Source: an uncultured Acidobacteriota bacterium
Lineage (GTDB): Bacteria; Acidobacteriota; JAQAZP01
Direction: 5' to 3'
DNA length: 64,000 nt
Assembly: GCA_963836075.1 (NCBI GenBank)
Contig: CAWIIB010000009.1
Location: 1,216,001 to 1,280,000 of the forward strand
Below, one piece after another: positions 62,649-64,000 of this stretch. A model generated the notes under the pieces. It had not been told where the DNA came from and did no database searches. It saw only the letters and a list, made by a program, of their open reading frames with translations. The position numbers and the translations under genes are program-made. Positions within the stretch are counted from its first letter, which is position 1. Every line of letters begins with the position of its first letter.

Positions 62649-63176
62649 TCATACCGTGAGCGACTGTCGGCCAATCTTTGTTTTAATAAACGTTGTCCAT
62701 TCGTTCATCTCGGTATTATCAGCAAAGATCCGCTTAGGTATCCTGGCAAGACCTAACGGTTCTGTGTGGACGACTAACATCGTGGGCATATCTTCGAATC
62801 GAACCACAGTGTCCCAAGCCATCCTCAATTCATGGCCCTGCTTTCGGAAAACAAGCGCATCCTCAGACAGTTCATATTCCGCCGGTATCGATTCCTTCGT
62901 GCCCTGGGCTTTTATCAGCATCTTCCGGATGTTGTTCTTTGTGATCGGCCCGATAGCGAGGATGAAGAAAGCTGTCGGAAAGAAAGACAACATGGCTGCC
63001 AAAATTACCTTCACCCATGGTTCATCATTTGGGACAATGAAGTAGAAGAAAAAGGTGAGCACTGGGAGCCATAACAACCCCATCCAACGCTGCTTACGCA
63101 GCTGGCCGGTCATTTTTGCTAGTTCGTATCCCGTGTTGACGGCTTCTTGAAGCCTGGATTCATAGGCTTTCTTCAT
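62649..63176 (-). CDS. YcxB-like membrane protein (cassette)
   Basis: Two TM helices, then W..V, IPKRIF. Confidence 0.65.
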   Translation of the reverse strand: MKKAYESRLQEAVNTGYELAKMTGQLRKQRWMGLLWLPVLTFFFYFIVPNDEPWVKVILAAMLSFFPTAFFILAIGPITKNNIRKMLIKAQGTKESIPAEYELSEDALVFRKQGHELRMAWDTVVRFEDMPTMLVVHTEPLGLARIPKRIFADNTEMNEWTTFIKTKIGRQSLTV

Positions 63177-63200
63177 TTCATTTCCTTACAGCTTTCCAAA

Positions 63201-63348
63201 AGATAACGCCCCACATCAGCGGCAAGCCGGCCGGTGCGCTGGTTGCTCCGGCAATGCTTGAAAGCGCCGACACGGGCCATCTGATTTACCCACCAGAATG
63301 CAACCAGCGTGACGGATTCGGCTTGGCCGTTGCATGTGGTTGTTAGGC
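63201..63348 (-). repeat. attC family A
   Basis: AGATAAC..GTTAGGC, 148 bp. Confidence 0.92.
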
Positions 63349-63359
63349 CGAGCTTTGCT

Positions 63360-63836
63360 TCAATGAACACGCTTCAGTTGCACCTTGGCCCTATGAGTTT
63401 GCCTCGGAAATTCCCAAAATGTCTCTGCTGTTCCTACAAGTCGCTCACCTGAGATAGTTACCGTCATATAGATCCCGCCGTATCCAGTGCTGAAACAAAT
63501 TTCGATTTTGCCATCCTTACGAATCTCCCAAAATGAGTAGCTGTGGATGACTTTAGAACCATCCGGAAAGGGCTTTATTAGACGAACACTTTGATCTTCC
63601 GGCTTCGGCCCTGGTGCCTTCTCTGTGCTAAGCGATATTTGGTGAGGTGGAGTGAAGTATTGGATGTCAGCTCCCAATTCCAGTGCCGGCTCCCAGTCAC
63701 CCAACTCAACTTCATACGGACCAGACAAATCTATTGGATCAAGCTTCAACGGAGGCTCATTTGATAAGCCGACTGGACATATGCAAAAGGCTGTCAATAA
63801 CACTGTGGCGCATAGAATATGTTTTGTCATAATCAT
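63360..63836 (-). CDS. Exported hypothetical protein (probable first cassette)
   Basis: GGAG SD right after GTTAGGC; signal-like N-terminus. Confidence 0.75.
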   Translation of the reverse strand: MIMTKHILCATVLLTAFCICPVGLSNEPPLKLDPIDLSGPYEVELGDWEPALELGADIQYFTPPHQISLSTEKAPGPKPEDQSVRLIKPFPDGSKVIHSYSFWEIRKDGKIEICFSTGYGGIYMTVTISGERLVGTAETFWEFPRQTHRAKVQLKRVH

Positions 63837-63847
63837 GCTTTTCTCCG

Positions 63848-63866
63848 GCCTAACAATTGATTATCT
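63848..63866 (-). other. Probable attI site
   Basis: Minus strand AGATAAT-CAATT-GTTAGGC; A-rich context with no attC hairpin upstream. Confidence 0.55.
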
Positions 63867-64000
63867 GGAATTCCGTATATTAGCTTTTTTGAGTTATTTC
63901 TTGAGTCGAACTCGGCCTTGGGTTGTCTGGTGACCTGATGGCATGAGATCTGCATAACTCATGAAGTATCTAATACATACTAGCTGGGTTTGGCGAGAAT

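Larger units (their letters stand above)
53481..63866 (-). mobile_element. Integron gene-cassette array (integrase not in window)
   Basis: Co-oriented short low-GC genes separated by imperfect palindromes bounded by xxxxAAC/GTTxxxx; the 7-mers flanking each cassette are complementary. Confidence 0.93.

Noticed and set aside
57811-63348. CRISPR array
   Set aside because: Repeats are 116-150 bp, separated by whole genes, and carry attC cores; no cas genes are present
57009-63370. Short ORFs over attC sites (57764-57979, 58692-58892, 63173-63370, 62449-63045)
   Set aside because: Translations of repeat sequence or antisense frames

Overview
GC-rich bacterial chromosome segment. An Acidobacteriota-like host is suggested by a VWA gene of the acidobacterial type, but this is inference only. 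Several genes are frameshifted, some at G runs, which looks like long-read assembly error. Bases 1-51.8 kb carry housekeeping genes (cysE-cysK, asnA, pncA, gcdH-like, mscS, DUF1846, GntR-ABC), a QseEGF-like sigma54 system, three Thr-type sulfatase-fold proteins and large exported enzymes. These enzymes end in one of two shared C-terminal domains, a possible undescribed sorting or anchoring system. From about 51.8 kb to the end, GC falls and the minus strand holds an integron cassette array: 11 recognisable attC sites (two long families plus two short ones), one collapsed attC, five toxin-antitoxin loci, one nearly ORF-less cassette, clear distal decay and a probable attI at about 63.85 kb. No integrase lies inside the window. 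Other unannotated signals are nested inverted-repeat elements, a small ORF before a CHAT protease, a sigma54-driven 33-aa membrane peptide and a structured asnA leader.
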